Of a stretch of DNA of 64,000 nucleotides, positions 41,824-55,998 are shown one piece after another. The position numbers and the translations under genes are program-made. Where the stretch lies: NCBI GenBank assembly GCA_951406725.2, contig OX597825.1, positions 72,540,001 through 72,604,000 on the forward strand. The letters run 5' to 3'. The notes under the pieces are model-generated. The model made no database searches. It was not told where the DNA came from and saw only the letters and a program-made list of their open reading frames with translations. The DNA comes from Octopus vulgaris. Lineage: Eukaryota. The number at the start of each line of letters is the position of its first letter. The stretch's first letter is position 1.

Positions 41824-42300
41824 GTGGAGGTACGTGGCTTAGTTGTTAGGGTGTCAGCATCATGATCGTACTCATTTTTGCCAGCTGAGTGGACTGGAGC
41901 AACGTGAAATGAAGAGTTTTGCTGAAGAACACAACGCGTCGCCCGGTCCAGGAATCGAAATCACAATGTTACGATCATGAATATGCATAACATACAAATA
42001 TGTAATTATCGTGTGTTGATTAAGGTGTTGCACTCATGATCTAGCGATTGTGGTTTCAATTCCTATAACGGGTAGTGCGCTGTGTTCTTCAACAAAACAC
42101 TTAATCTCACGTTGCCCTGCGAAATCACTTCAACACTTGACGCGTCGTACACAGTGAACCTGATGAGAGATCGTCGTTTTGATGGAGAGAGTGAGCTGAT
42201 GTGCGGCACGAACATTAGATCACCATAAACAATGCATTTGTGCAAGTCATTCTGCAAAAAAGCTGAACGCTCGTCCGTCGTCATCGACTGGAGAGTCCAT
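41824..42300 (+). mobile_element. SINE family D: internally inverted copy (41824-41980) and a diverged copy (42010-42300)
   Basis: Head GTGGCTTAGTTGTTAGGGTG; body matches 57115-57215. Confidence 0.7.
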
Positions 42301-42416
42301 TATATCAACATACATATAAATAGAGAGAGGGGGAGCGGGAGAGAGAGAGTGACAGGTAAATACTTGAATATATATATATACATGCGCATATATATATATG
42401 CATGAGTACATATGTA

Positions 42417-42451
<35 letters not shown>

Positions 42452-42575
42452 CGTACATCTATATGTATTCAGATAAATAGACATATAAATAGATATGTAT
42501 ATGTATATATAAATGAACACATACACGTACAAGTACATACATATCAATATACACATATATGTATGTGTGTATATA

Positions 42576-42620
<45 letters not shown>

Positions 42621-42864
42621 TCATATATGTGTGCGTGTGTTTGTATGCATGGATTCTTTTTGTGTGAATATTGTTTTGAGTGTATATATATATATACATA
42701 TATATTATATATTATGTTTATATATTTATAAATATAAATACATATATATATATATTACACATACACACACATACACACACACATACACACACACATACTC
42801 ACACACACATATATATACATATATATATATTACACATAAACACACATACACATATATATATATA

Positions 42865-42912
<48 letters not shown>

Positions 42913-44544
42913 TATAAAATGACCAAAGTTTTGATTATTTATCCCTTTGTGGCGATCTTTAGTAATTTTGAAAATAAACAGCGCATCGTACATAACATTA
43001 TCTCAATATCTGACGCCATTGAAACATTGAAAATTTTCCAAGTTGTGTAAGAAAATACCTTTGATGAACAAAGCATTATTTAGTCTCTCTAGCTATAAAG
43101 AAACCATTACGACAACGTTTTATTTTTTTTTTTCTTAAGAAAAATAATTCGTCTTCTTCTTCAGAAGAACTGCATTAAAAAAAAAAAAAGAGCTCCAAGC
43201 AACTCGTTTCCTTCGAAGATGTTTAGACATCCATCTAACAACAATATAAAAGGGAACTTTTTTCGCTATTCAAAAACCAATATCTTCAATATACACGATA
43301 TTATGAACATATATCTTGCAGCTATTTATAAGGTGACCTTTTATGATTCAAATAAAAATTGCTTTCATATAAATACCAGTTGAACCTAAAGGCAATAAAT
43401 CTCTTAATATATATATATCTTTTTTTTCCCCTCTGCTTCTTTTTGTAAAGTCAGATTATTCTAAACAAATTTACGACGATTATTTTTCAGCTTTATTTTT
43501 TCTTCATTTTTGCTTTCTCAATATTGTTTGTTTCCCTAACAATGTGAAAATGATTTGTATTTATACGAATTTGAGTTAATCTGCTGTGCAGATAAAAGTC
43601 TTATTGTCCTAATCTTTATCTTTCATCTAATTTTGTGTTTATTTCATGTTTTAATGTCAGGAAAATCAACAGAAAAAAAACTTACACAAAATGATTAAGA
43701 ATTTCACGAGAATGAGCCAAAGCTAAGAACGTTTGCTTTATTTTATATATATTATTACCTTACTTACTTATTTCTTTATGGTAGTGAAAAGTCGTTAAAG
43801 AATTATCCTAGGCTGAATTTCGCCTATCATGCTACCAAACATAAGAAGTGTGAGGTTTCTGTTTATATAATGTATATTTTTGCTATTTGAAAAAACGTCG
43901 GCCTTCGATATTTGGTGGTCGTCTTGACTGTGTTAGGTTGCATGCAATATCTTAACGATATTCCGATTTCGCATGTTTTAATGTGTTGTCGTGTTTATGC
44001 TTTTTTTTTTTATTATCGTGTTCTTACGGGATAAGGGTTTTAAAGTTGCGACAGAAGTTTCATTGAAGTTGAGACATAAGTTCTTTTTAAAGTGAAATAG
44101 CAAAGTTGATAAGGTCTTCAATATATAAATTCACGAATAATATGTCAGTCACCGATATGTATAGGGATTCAGCGGAACATGACGGCCAAACCAATGATTC
44201 GAAATTGACAGATTTCTGACATGGGAATAGAACGTTGCTTGTGCAGATTGAATAATGGTCATGATGTTTTAAGATGACGGACATCATCAGAAATGGAAAT
44301 AATGACATTTGTAGAAGCTGAGGACATCAACACTAATTTGGGAATTCCAGATGCATTTCATCTGTCTTGAATGGGGCTTTTGCTTGTTATTCAGGTAATA
44401 CAACATTTGTAAAATATATTGATTCCCAATGACACAAAGTGCCTTGCTAGAAATATCATTGCAAGAGAATATCCAATATTATGCAATACAAGAACAGGGC
44501 ATCGTAAACGATGTGATCGTATGATACCGAAAGCACAAGTTCTG

Positions 44545-44790
44545 CTGTACCGGTTATGAGCACTGATATCGTATGGTTCACAGACAACAGGTGGACCCGT
44601 GCATTTGCCGAGTGGTATCAAAGAGATGGGAAAAGAGCCCTTGAAAGGCCTACACGACGAAGAGAAGACGATTTTGTTAAACGATTTAGGACAAGATGGA
44701 AAAGAAGGGTACAGTTAAGAAAGAATTTAGAAGCCCTTTGGGACCAACGCTGTGGAACGACATCCGATAGCCTGGTTGATAAAATGACGG
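44545..44790 (+). mobile_element. RTE LINE C-terminal remnant
   Basis: TDNRWTRAFAEWYQRDGKRALERPTRRREDD matches the RTE motif DNRWT...EW.PR..KR.RGRP..RW.DD. Confidence 0.8.
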
Positions 44791-45133
44791 GAATAACATC
44801 AAAGTAGATGTTATCACCTCTCAGGTGTACACAGATGAAAATGCTTGACGAAGGATCTAAAAATTAGAGTAGAGCTTAATAATAAAATATGCAAATGAAG
44901 AAATATTAAATTGTAAAAAATAGTAAATTTCTTTTACTTATTACACTCATTGGGCTGCGGCCATGCTGGGGCACCGCATCGGAGAACTTTTAGTCAAATG
45001 AATCGATCCCAGTACTTATTATTCTTTTTAAAAGAGCTTGGTATATATTCTATTGGTGTCTTTTGCCGAACCGCTAGCATTGGGGAAGCATTGAGGAAGC
45101 AAGATTCTTACTAGATTGCCACACTTGTGCCTA

Positions 45134-45196
<63 letters not shown>

Positions 45197-45473
45197 AAAT
45201 TCAATTTTGGTAGGAACCTTGTCGCTTGCTTTATAAATCTGTTCCACAGATATTGACCACCAGATGTGATTTCACGACGAAAACTGATCGCTTTAATGAA
45301 AATACACCGGGCAATCCAATCCGTGAATGTCCGTGGAGTATTTATAAAAACTGTGTAAACCAGAGAGATCTCATTGTAAAGGAAAGATGAAACGATTGTA
45401 GCCTTATGCAATAAAGCATGTTTGCTCAATCCATTCTCAGCAGCTTACACATTAAACATATATATATAGAGAG

Positions 45474-45678
45474 AGAGTAAAGATTATTTGCTAACATAAT
45501 GTGGCGGTCGAATGTTACTGTTATTTAGCTCTAGGAAACATCGTCTCCAGGTAAATAACAGGGGCTACATAACAGTAACATTCGACGGCCATATTATGTT
45601 GGCAAATAATCTTTACTCTGGAGTATTGTTACTGAATGTCTCTCCCTGTGAGAGTTACAAATAGAGAAATATTCCATT
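45474..45678. mobile_element. Fold-back element: arms 45474-45530 / 45564-45619 plus right tail
   Basis: Inverted match; shares CTGGAGACGATG...GCTAAA...ACAGTAACA with 28750-28953. Confidence 0.75.
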
Positions 45679-45705
45679 ATATATATATATATATATATAT
45701 GTGTG

Positions 45706-45761
<56 letters not shown>

Positions 45762-45966
45762 ATGTATGTATATGTAAATATATATATATATATATATGTA
45801 TATGTGTGTGTGTGTGTGTGTATATATAAATATATATATACATATATATATATAATATTTATATGTCTATATATATATGTATATGCATATATATACACAC
45901 GCACACACATATGTACGTGTGTGTGTTTGTGTATCTGTGTGTGTTTGTGTGTTTGTTTGTTTGTGT

Positions 45967-46005
<39 letters not shown>

Positions 46006-46446
46006 GTAATTATTTATTGGAATCGTTAGAATCAAGATACTTTAATAAACAAGGACACCAAGAGAGGACAGGGATCTGCAACCCCGTGTGTACACCATAT
46101 GCAAGCACATCCGTATATAGCCGCACAAATATGGACGTATCCATGCACTTACTGCATGTACATGCGCATGCGCGCTCATACGTTGCAGAGATGCATGTAC
46201 ATGAAATTACATACCCATGCACACCAGCATGCACTTTCATGATGCAAGGTAAGTTCCAGATTTAACTAGAGAAGGTTCCACCATTACTCGCTGAATCCGA
46301 AATTAGAGGTTCGATCCGCATTCCACATCTTGGTATTTTTTCTCCGAACAAAATTTTAAAATTTCAATTCCCCTGAATTATAGAATTATTTATCGATTTA
46401 AAACGCGTCTCGAAACAGCTATAGTGAGCCTTTAAACTATTTGCGT

Positions 46447-47266
46447 TAGAAGAAGGTGAAGAAGAAGAAGGTGAAGAAGAAGAAGAAGAAGAAGAAGAAG
46501 AAGAAGAAGAAGAAGAAGAAGAAGAAGAAGAAGAAGAAGGAGAAGAAGAAGAAGAAGAAGAAGAAGAAGAAGAGGAAGAAAAAGAAGAAGAAGAAGAAAA
46601 GGAAGAAAAAGAAGAAGAAGAAAAGGAAGAAGTAGAAGAAAAGGAAGAAAAAGAAGAAGAAGAAAAGGAAGAAGTAGAAGAAAAGGAAGAAAAAGAAGAA
46701 GAAGAAAAGGAAGAAGTAGAAGAAAAGGAAGAAAAAGAAGAAGAAGAAAAGGAAGAAGTAGAAGGGGAAGTAAGAAGAAGAAGAAAAAGAAGAGGAAGAA
46801 GAAGAAGAAGAACAACAACAACAACAACAAGATGAAGGAGGAGAAGAAGAAGAAGAAGAAGAAGAAGAAGAAGAAGAAGAAAAAGAAAAAGAAGGACAAC
46901 AAGAAGTAGAAGAAAAAGAAATTGAAGAAAAAGAGGTAGTAGAAGAAGAAAAAGAAGAAGAAAAAGAAGAAGGAAAAGAAGAAGAAGAAGAAGAAAAAGA
47001 AGGAGAAGAAGAAGTAGAAGAAGAAGAAAAAGAAGAAGAAAAAGAAGAAGAAAAAGAAGGAGAAGAAGAAGAAGAAGAAGAAGAAGAAGAAGAAGGAGAA
47101 GGAGAAGAAGAATAAGAAGACGAAGGAGGAGGAGGAGGAGGAGGAGGAGAGGAGAAGAAGAAGAAGAAGAAGAAGAAGAAGAAGAAGAAGAAAGATGGAG
47201 GAAGAAGAAGAAGAAGAAGAAGAAGAAGAAGAAGAAGAAGAAGAAGAAGAAGAAGAAGAAGAAGAA
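46447..47266. repeat. (GAA)n-based purine tract with ~39-bp higher-order units
   Basis: Recurring GAAAAGGAAGAAGTAGAAGAAAAGGAAGAAAAAGAAGAA. Confidence 0.9.
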
Positions 47267-47360
47267 TATGACAACAAACGAATGAATGAGACCTCGATAT
47301 TATGTAAATAGAGGAATTTAGCTATAAATATATAATATAGGACAATCAGTTAGTTGTCAT

Positions 47361-47421
47361 AATAATAGTCAGAGTTTCAAATACCGGAGCTAAAAGCTTC
47401 TAGGTATTTTCGTCAGTTATT
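47361..47421 (-). ncRNA. Type I hammerhead motif (canonical core) in a Penelope-like fragment (~47270-47510)
   Basis: AATAA|CTGACGA|AAATACC...GGTATTT|GAAA-CTCTGAC-T|A|TTATT; downstream TTCCTCTATTTACATAATATCGA shared with ~61693. Confidence 0.7.
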
Positions 47422-47514
47422 AAGACAAGAAATAAATGAAACAGGTAAACGTAATATAAAACGATAAAGGAAAACTTTAACCGTCACTAATTGTGACTGT
47501 GGGTGCTGAACAGT

Positions 47515-47748
47515 ACCTATTTCTTTATTACCCACAAGGGGCTAAACATAGAGGGGACAAACAAGGGCAGACAAAGGGATTAAGTCGATTACATCGACCC
47601 CGGTGTGTAACTGGTACTTAATTTATCGACCCCGAAAGGATGAAAGGCAAAGTCGACCTCGGCGGAATTTGAACTCACAACGTAATGGCAGACGAAATAC
47701 TGCTATTCATTTCGCCCGGCGTGCTACCGTTTCTGCCAGCTCGCCACC
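47515..47748 (-). mobile_element. SINE family B, full length
   Basis: Reverse complement of the 2385-2615 sequence type. Confidence 0.9.
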
Positions 47749-47871
47749 TATGTTGCATGAGGCGCACAGTTTATATACACTAACAGGGGAGATAACCGTT
47801 CCCTGATCAAAGCTAGGATCATTGGACTAGATTACGCTTGTTAATTTCAGATTCCTCAGAATATATATATA

Positions 47872-48434
47872 TTGGGTTGTCCGGAAAATTTGTGCCGATT
47901 TATAGTAGCTTACCTTTCGACTTATTTTAGAACATGGTTGAGTCCGTAAAATAGGATTTGACTACACCTCCATTTAGAGCACAGTTTAAGCTATTTTTTC
48001 GTGGAAGAAGGTTCATGTTCCTATAACCTGTGTTAATTCTGTAACCTTTTAAAATGGAAGATAAGAAAGTTTATTTTCGGCACTTGATGCTTTGGTAACC
48101 AGACAAAAATTGCTGCAGCTCAGCTGGGATGAGTTAGCCCACCCTCCATATTCACCAGATGTTGCTCCTTCGGATTTCCACTTATTCAGGTTTCTTCAGA
48201 ATAATCTTAGTAGCAAAAGTTTCAATTCCTTGGATGATGTAAGAAGATACCTTGATGAATTCTTTACCATAAAACCACCTCAATTCTGCGAAGAGGGTAT
48301 TTTCAAGTTAAAGGTAAGATGGAGACGCATTGTGCAACAAAATGGCTCATATTTGGTTGATTAAAAATGTAATGGCAAGTATTTGACCTTTTTCTTGTCT
48401 TTAAAAATCGGCACGAACTTTCCGGACAACCCAA
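47872..48434 (+). mobile_element. Internally deleted mariner with both TIRs and TA TSDs
   Basis: TIRs TTGGGTTGTCCGGAAA.TT.GTGCCGATTT; N-terminus MEDKKVYFRHLML joined to C-terminus HPPYSPDVAPSDFHLF...RWRRIVQQNGSY. Confidence 0.95.
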
Positions 48435-48667
48435 TATTTATATACAGTTTCCAACTAAAAAATTCACTCACAAGTTATTAGCCCGTTCTGGGCCATAGTA
48501 GGAAACGCTTGTACGGGACTGAACCTGAAAGAACGTAGTTTTTTTTGTGTTTGTTTTTTTCGCAAAACGAGATTCTTACCCACACAACCATGTTAGAAAA
48601 GGCAACGACAGCAGCTAAATCTTCTTCAAATTACGCTCTACCGTCACGAAAACACAATAAATCACAT

Positions 48668-48948
48668 ATCACCATGATCGACCACATCGCTGGTCACAAT
48701 GCGCTTCACATTGTTTTAACCTTCAAATGACGCCATCCCGTTGGCTAAGCGAGCAGGCCAACAGAAGAAAGAGTGAGAGAAAGTTGTGGCGAAAGGGTAC
48801 AGCAGGGATCGCCACAACCCCCTGTCGGAGTTTCGTGGAGCTTTAGATGTTTCACTCAATAAACACTCACAACGCCCGGTCTGGGAATCGAAACCGCGAT
48901 CCTACGACCGCGAGTCCGCTGCCCTAACCACTGAGCCATTTCGCCTCC
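48668..48948 (-). mobile_element. SINE family A (tail type 3)
   Basis: Family A head/body; tail as 23351. Confidence 0.85.
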
Positions 48949-49174
48949 GGAATAAGTCAAATATATAAAATAGAAAAATTATTAGTTAATGTATTCCTAC
49001 GTTGACTGTCTCTGATCATCATCAGGATTGTTCCCGCCTGATTCACCGTTGAACATGTCTTTGCTGGACCGGTAACAATCCGGAACTAAATAACAACACC
49101 GACGACAACAACACTTGCAACAACAGCAACTACAATTCGTTACGTATCTTGCTGACATGTTCACTCTCTCTCTA

Positions 49175-49237
<63 letters not shown>

Positions 49238-49450
49238 ATACAAAAATCCCCTTTCGACATTTGTTTTAGTTTTTGTTTGTTTTTCTAGTTTAATCTTCAG
49301 GTCTTATTGCTACTTTATGTCTTCGTACATAAACCAGTCTCAAAGTATCGTATCGTAGGGCAATATAATTTTCTCGCTTATTGTTTACTTTTAGCAAACT
49401 ACTCTGTATTGAATTCGCTCGTAAAAAAAGCGCCTCTTTCCCTCTCCCTC

Positions 49451-49547
<97 letters not shown>

Positions 49548-49593
49548 GTTATTATTTTTATCATCATCATCATCATCATTATTATTATTATTA

Positions 49594-49627
<34 letters not shown>

Positions 49628-49634
49628 CATTATT

Positions 49635-49703
<69 letters not shown>

Positions 49704-49779
49704 TCTCTCCCTTTCTCTTTCACTCGCTCTCATCTTTTCTCTGTCTCTCTCTTTCTGTCCCTCTCTCTCTCTCTTTCTG

Positions 49780-49832
<53 letters not shown>

Positions 49833-49947
49833 GTGTGTAAATAAATATGTGTGTATATATTTATACACACACATAAACAGATATTTCTCTCGCACGCGCG
49901 TTCCCCCTCTCTCTCTCTCTTTCTCTCTCTCTCTATATATATATATT

Positions 49948-49982
<35 letters not shown>

Positions 49983-50671
49983 TTCTAGGCGTGTGAAAAT
50001 ATGTATATGTGTAAAGATTTATATACATACACAGACTCGCATACAAACAGATGTCTCTCTCTCTCTCTTTTTGCCTCCCTTATTTCTCTCTCTCTTTTCT
50101 CTATATCTCGCTTTTTCTCTCTCCCTCTCACTCGCTCTCTCTCTGTCATTCTCTCTGTCTCTGTATAGATAGATAGATAGATACACTACAGGTGCACACA
50201 TAGAAAATACATACATAACATATAAAAATATACACACACCCATCTGCCCATGTGAGTCTGTGTGCGCGCGTGCGCGTGCGTGTGCGCGCATGCGTGTGTG
50301 TGTGTATGAGCGTGCGCCAATATGAATAAACGTTCGTTCGATCAGAACTAATCACACGGCCTTTAAAAACGATTTTTAATGATATTCGTATCAGGCTTTC
50401 TAATCCAATATTGACTATATTGAATGATATCAAATAAATCACACTGAATCATTGGAACGTGTAATACTTTATTTGATAATTTTCACACATTGGATATTTG
50501 TATACCTCTACGTTACTCGTTATCAAATTTTTATGACATTTAATTTTCCTTCCATACAAACGACTGTATAATTTATTTTTTGAGTACAAATAATTTTCAC
50601 ATAAAAAATATATCTTTTTCTACTTGTAAAGTATAGACAAATTTCGTGGTCTGAATGACAACAGATTTTGT

Positions 50672-50748
<77 letters not shown>

Positions 50749-50987
50749 TATGTATATATACAGACATATATATATATACATATGTGTGTGTGTATGTATG
50801 TGTGTGTATGTATTGTGTGTGTATGTATATATGCATATGTATGTACAGACGTATGTATGTACTATATATACATAGTATACACTGTATATATATATATATA
50901 AATACATACAAACACATACATATATATAATATATATATATATGTATATACATATCATACATACACACGTACATGCAATTTCTATTCA

Positions 50988-51059
<72 letters not shown>

Positions 51060-51754
51060 AATATATATGTATATATACGCATTTACATATATATGCATGT
51101 ATGTGCATGCATATGTGTGTACATGTGTGTATGTGTGTGTATGTATACGTGACTGTGTGTGTGCCTGTGTCTGTGTGCGCATGTGCGTATGAACATACGA
51201 TTCGATATGCTTACGTTGGATAACACGAAAACGTAATTACTATCGCTAAGAAATCGCTATTTAATGCAGCCACCATTTGCTCCAGTCCTGCATCATAAAA
51301 GTATTAGAAATTCACTTACATATAATTTTTCATTATTTGTGATACGTGTGTATAATATGTAATATATTGTATGCAGAAAAAAACAGCTGCAAATTGATGT
51401 TATATTAAATAAGCACTATATTTAGGTGCAGCACGCTGTTGCAAGCGGTGCATTCACACCATAGAACTAATGTTAATGCGTTACCAGGTGGTGCTTAAAT
51501 CAAATGTTAGCTTACGAGCGTAATTTAGTAAAAGATGTTCTGTGCTTAGCGCTTTGACAGGATCAATCATATGGCCAAGACATAACACAAACTGATGACG
51601 TTGTCGTTAATGTTAAGAGTGACGGTGGTGGTAGTTGTGGTGGTGGTGGTGGTAGTTGTGGTGGTGGTGGTCGTCGTCGTCGTCTTGGCCGTCGTTGTAG
51701 TAGTCTTGGTGGCGGTGGTTCTCATGCTGTCTTTCCTGATTTTGTTATTGTAGT

Positions 51755-54020
51755 TTTTCTTCTTCTTCTTCTTCATCTTCTTCATCTTCTTCTTCATCTT
51801 CTTCTTCTTCTTCTTCTTCTTCTTCTTCTTCTTCTTCATCATCTTCTTCTTCAACATCATCATCTTCTTCTTCATCATCATCATCATCTTGTTATTCTTC
51901 ATCTTCTTTATCATCTTCTTCATGTTCTTCTTCTTCAACATCATCATCTTCTTCTTCATCATCATCATCATCTTGTTATTCTTCATCTTCTTTATCATCT
52001 TCTTCACCTTCTTCTTCTTCTTCTTCTTCTTCTTCTTCATCTTCTTCTTCATCTTCTTCTTCTTCTTCTTCATCATCTTCTTCTTCTTCTTCATCTTCTT
52101 CTTCTTCTTCTTCTTCATCTTCTTCTTCATCTTCTTCTTCATCTTCTTCTTCATCTTCTTTATTATATTCTTCATCTTCTTCTTCTTCTTCTTCATCATC
52201 TTCTTCTTCATCATCATCATCATCTTGTTATTCTTCATCTTCTTTATCATCTTCTTCATCTTCTTCTTCTTCTTCTTCAACATCATCATCTTCTTCTTCA
52301 TCATCATCATCATCTTGTTCTTCTTCATCTTCTTCAACTTCTTCCTCTTCTTCATCTTCTTCATCTTCTTCTCTTCTTCTTCTTCATCTTCTTCTTCAAC
52401 ATCATCATCTTCTTCTTCATCATCATCATCTTGTTCTTCTTCATCTTAGTTATCATCTTCTTCTTCTTCTTCTTCTTCTCCTTCATCTTCTTCTTCTTCT
52501 ACATCATCACCTTGTTCTTCTTCATCTTCTTCTTCTTCATCTTCTTCTTCAACATCATCATCTTCTTCTTCATCATCATCATCTTGTTCTTCTTCATCTT
52601 ATTTATCATCTTCTTCTTCTTCTTCTTCATCTTCTTCTTCTTCTACATCATCATCTTGTTCTTCTTCATCATCTTCTTCTTCTTCTTCTTCATCTTCTTT
52701 ATCATCTTCATCTTCTTCTTCTTCTTCTTCTTCTTCTTCATCATCATCTTCTTCTTCAACATCATCATCTTCTTCATCATCATCATCATCTTGTTCCTCT
52801 TCATCTTCTTCTTCATCTTCTTTATCATCTTCTTCATCTTCTTCTTCTTCTTCTTCTTCTTCAACATCATCATCTTCTTCTTCATCATCATCATCTTGTT
52901 CTTCTTCATCTTATTTATCATCTTCTTCTTCTTCTTCTTCATCTTCTTCTTCTTCTACATCATCATCTTGTTCTTCTTCATCATCTTCCTCTTCTTCTTC
53001 TTCATCTTCTTTATCATCTTCATCTTCTTCTTCTTCTTCTTCTTCTTCATCATCATCTTCTTCTTCAACATCATCATCTTCTTCATCATCATCATCATCT
53101 TGTTCCTCTTCATCTTCTTCTTCATCTTCTTTATCATCTTCTTCATCTTCTTCTTCTTCTTCTTCTTCTTCAACATCATCATCTTCTTCTTCATCATCAT
53201 CATCTTATTCTTCTACATCATCTTCTTCATCTTCTTCTTCTTCATCATCTTCTTTATCATCTTCTTCATCTTCTTTATCATCTTCTTCATCTTCTTCTTC
53301 TTCTTCTTCATCATCTTCTTCTTCAACATCATCATCTTGTTCTTCTTCATCATCTTCTTCATCATCTTCTTCTTCTTCTTCGTCTCCTTCTTCTTCTTCA
53401 TCTTCTTCTTCATCATCTTCTTCTTCAACAACATCATCTTCTTCATCTTCTTTATCATCTTCTTCATCATCTTCTTCTTCATCATCATCATCATCTTATT
53501 CTTCTACATCATCTTCTTCATCTTCTTCTTCTTCATCATCTTCTTTATCATCTTCTTCATCTTCTTTATCATCTTCTTCATCTTCTTCTTCTTCTTCTTC
53601 ATCATCTTCTTCTTCAACATCATCATCTTGTTCTTCTTCATCATCTTCTTCATCATCTTCTTCTTCTTCTTCGTCTCCTTCTTCTTCTTCATCTTCTTCT
53701 TCATCATCTTCTTCTTCAACAACATCATCTTCTTCATCTTCTTTATCATCTTCTTCATCTTCTTCTTCTTCTTCATCATTATCTTCTTCTTCAACATCAT
53801 CATCTTGTTCTTCTTCATCTTCTTCATCTGCTTCTTCTTCCTCTCCTTCTTCTTCTTCTTCATCATCTTCTTTATCATCTTCTTCATCTTCTTCTTCTTC
53901 TTCTTCATCATCTTCTTCATCTTCTTTATCATCTTCTTCATCTTCTTCTTCTTCTCCTTCTTCCTCTCCTTCTTCTTCCTCTCCTTCCTCTTCTTCTTCT
54001 TCCTCTTCTTCTTCTTCTTT
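51755..54020. repeat. Compound (TTC/ATC)n repeat with ~290-310 bp higher-order duplications
   Basis: Recurring variant blocks TCAACATCATC, TCTTGTTCTTC, TCTTTATCATC. Confidence 0.9.
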
Positions 54021-54651
54021 TTTTCTGTTTCTCCTTCTACTACTACTACTACTACTACTACTACTATTACCACCACCACCACCACCCCTACTAATACCAC
54101 CACTACTACTCCTTCGGGTTTGAAGTCTTCCCATTTTTTCTGTTTCTCCTTCTACTACTACTACTACTACTACCTCCACTACCACCTCTACTACTACCAC
54201 CACTACTACTCCTTCCTCTTCTTTTCCTTCGGGTTTGAGGTGTTTAGCCTCTTGTCAAACTTGACCTCTCATAGATCGAAGGAATTCCAGCAGTAGCCAT
54301 TTTTCTGTTTTAAACAATTTTATAAAGTTAAAGGGAAGTGTCATGAGGGAAATTTAGTTTCTATTTCTTGCAGCTCAAGTGTTCAGGCAGACCAGGCTTG
54401 AGCAACCTTTCTTGAGAAGCGAGTCATGCAGGTCATGTCCATTCATCATTCGGGCCGCGCTACTAAAGAAAAATCAAGAAAGTTTTACGTTGGTGTGCCA
54501 CTCAGAACGTGCCGCGGTCCGCTGGTTGAGGCTTCCTAGTCAGCTCTTTAAACCAATGTCGTTGGTGAGATACGAATTATCGAACGGCGGTTGGTAGCCC
54601 CGTAATCATAATTCTGTGATGCATTAAAAATTTATTATTTAATAATCTAAG

Positions 54652-54920
54652 CGCAGGCGTGGCTGTGTGGTAAGAAACTTGCTTCCAAACCACGTGGTTC
54701 CGAGTTCAGTCCCACTGCGTGGAATCTTGAGCAAGTGTCTTCTACTAAAGCCTTGAGTCGACCAAAGGTTTGTGAATGGATTTGGTAGACGGAAACTAAA
54801 AGAAACCCGTTATGTATGGTGTGTTTATGTTCCCGTAAGTTACTGGTTCAGCAAAACAGACTGATGGATTAAAAACTGGATTTCTTCGCGTAAAAACTTT
54901 TAAGGTGGTACTCCGGTATT
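54652..54920 (+). mobile_element. SINE family C, diverged
   Basis: GCGCAGGCGTGGCTGTGTGGTAAG head and family C body. Confidence 0.8.
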
Positions 54921-55097
54921 CATCCCTGGTTTAAAACCTTTCATTGTGGCCCCACACTGCATCTTTGTGCTCTTTTTTACACCCTTAATACTTCTCTCTC
55001 TCTTACTACTTCTCTCTCTCTTACTACTTCTCTCTCTCTCGCTCTTTCTCTTTCTCACTCACGTTTTCTTTCTCACTATTTGTGCTCCTCTTTATCA

Positions 55098-55131
55098 TTT
55101 CTGAAGAAAGACCAATGCACGAAACGTCAAA
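55098..55131 (+). ncRNA. Degenerate PLE-type hammerhead motif
   Basis: TTT|CTGAAGA|...|GAAA-CG-T|C|AAA; stem II no longer pairs. Confidence 0.45.
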
Positions 55132-55955
55132 GTAAAACCATAATTAATACTGAAACTAATACCAATACAAGCTAATACCAATATCAATTCGTCAAACTTT
55201 GTTCTTACCCTGCTGTTCTTGTTGCAGTTTATTGACCTTACATAATAAAGATGCGTCTAGGGAATAGAACGAACTCCTGGGAATCACTTCCCAAACACAT
55301 ACTCAAAGAATTAAACAGTACTTCCCATTGCATGACATGATGTTATTCCCATCTGGAAATGAACAACAATTTTATTTTTCAATACATGGGAACAGTAATA
55401 ATCTATAATATTCCCAAATTTGTCAACCGCCATATTGACTTCTTTAAAGGGAAAAGATTTCAAACAGGAATCAAAATGCCATCTTACATTTGGTTTTCTT
55501 CAATGTTATGTCTCACTCTACGAGTTTCTTAATGGCTTAGACACTGTATGAAAGGCAGTGTTTATAATTTCTGTCAGGGACATCGTGATTGATGGGAGGA
55601 AGATTCTTCAGATACGGATAACTTCGAATAATTTGCAATGAAGCGGTTTTCACTAAAAGGTGATAACCCAGGTAATAGAGTACGTTCACTTATACATTGT
55701 AGAAGTGAAAAATGGCTACTGCTGGAATTCCATCGATCTATGACAGGTTAAGTTTGACAAGAAGCTAAACACCTCAGGTATTAAAACGAATGTGTGCGTG
55801 TGGGTATATATATATATGCGTGTGTGTGTATGTGTTTATGTGTGTGTTTGTGTTTCTATCTGTGTGAGAGTGTTATGCTTGCTGAGACAGGAGCCAGTAC
55901 AGAGGTTAGGTCAACCAATTTAATTGAATAAGTCCCTGTCAACTCGAATTTTGTT

Positions 55956-55998
<43 letters not shown>

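Noticed and set aside
48092-48364. SETMAR-like host gene exon
   Set aside because: Lies between mariner TIRs in an internally deleted element
52431-54296. 621-aa ORF and overlapping poly-K/M and poly-E/D ORFs
   Set aside because: Translations of a TTC/ATC repeat; no domain content, and the acidic frame has stops
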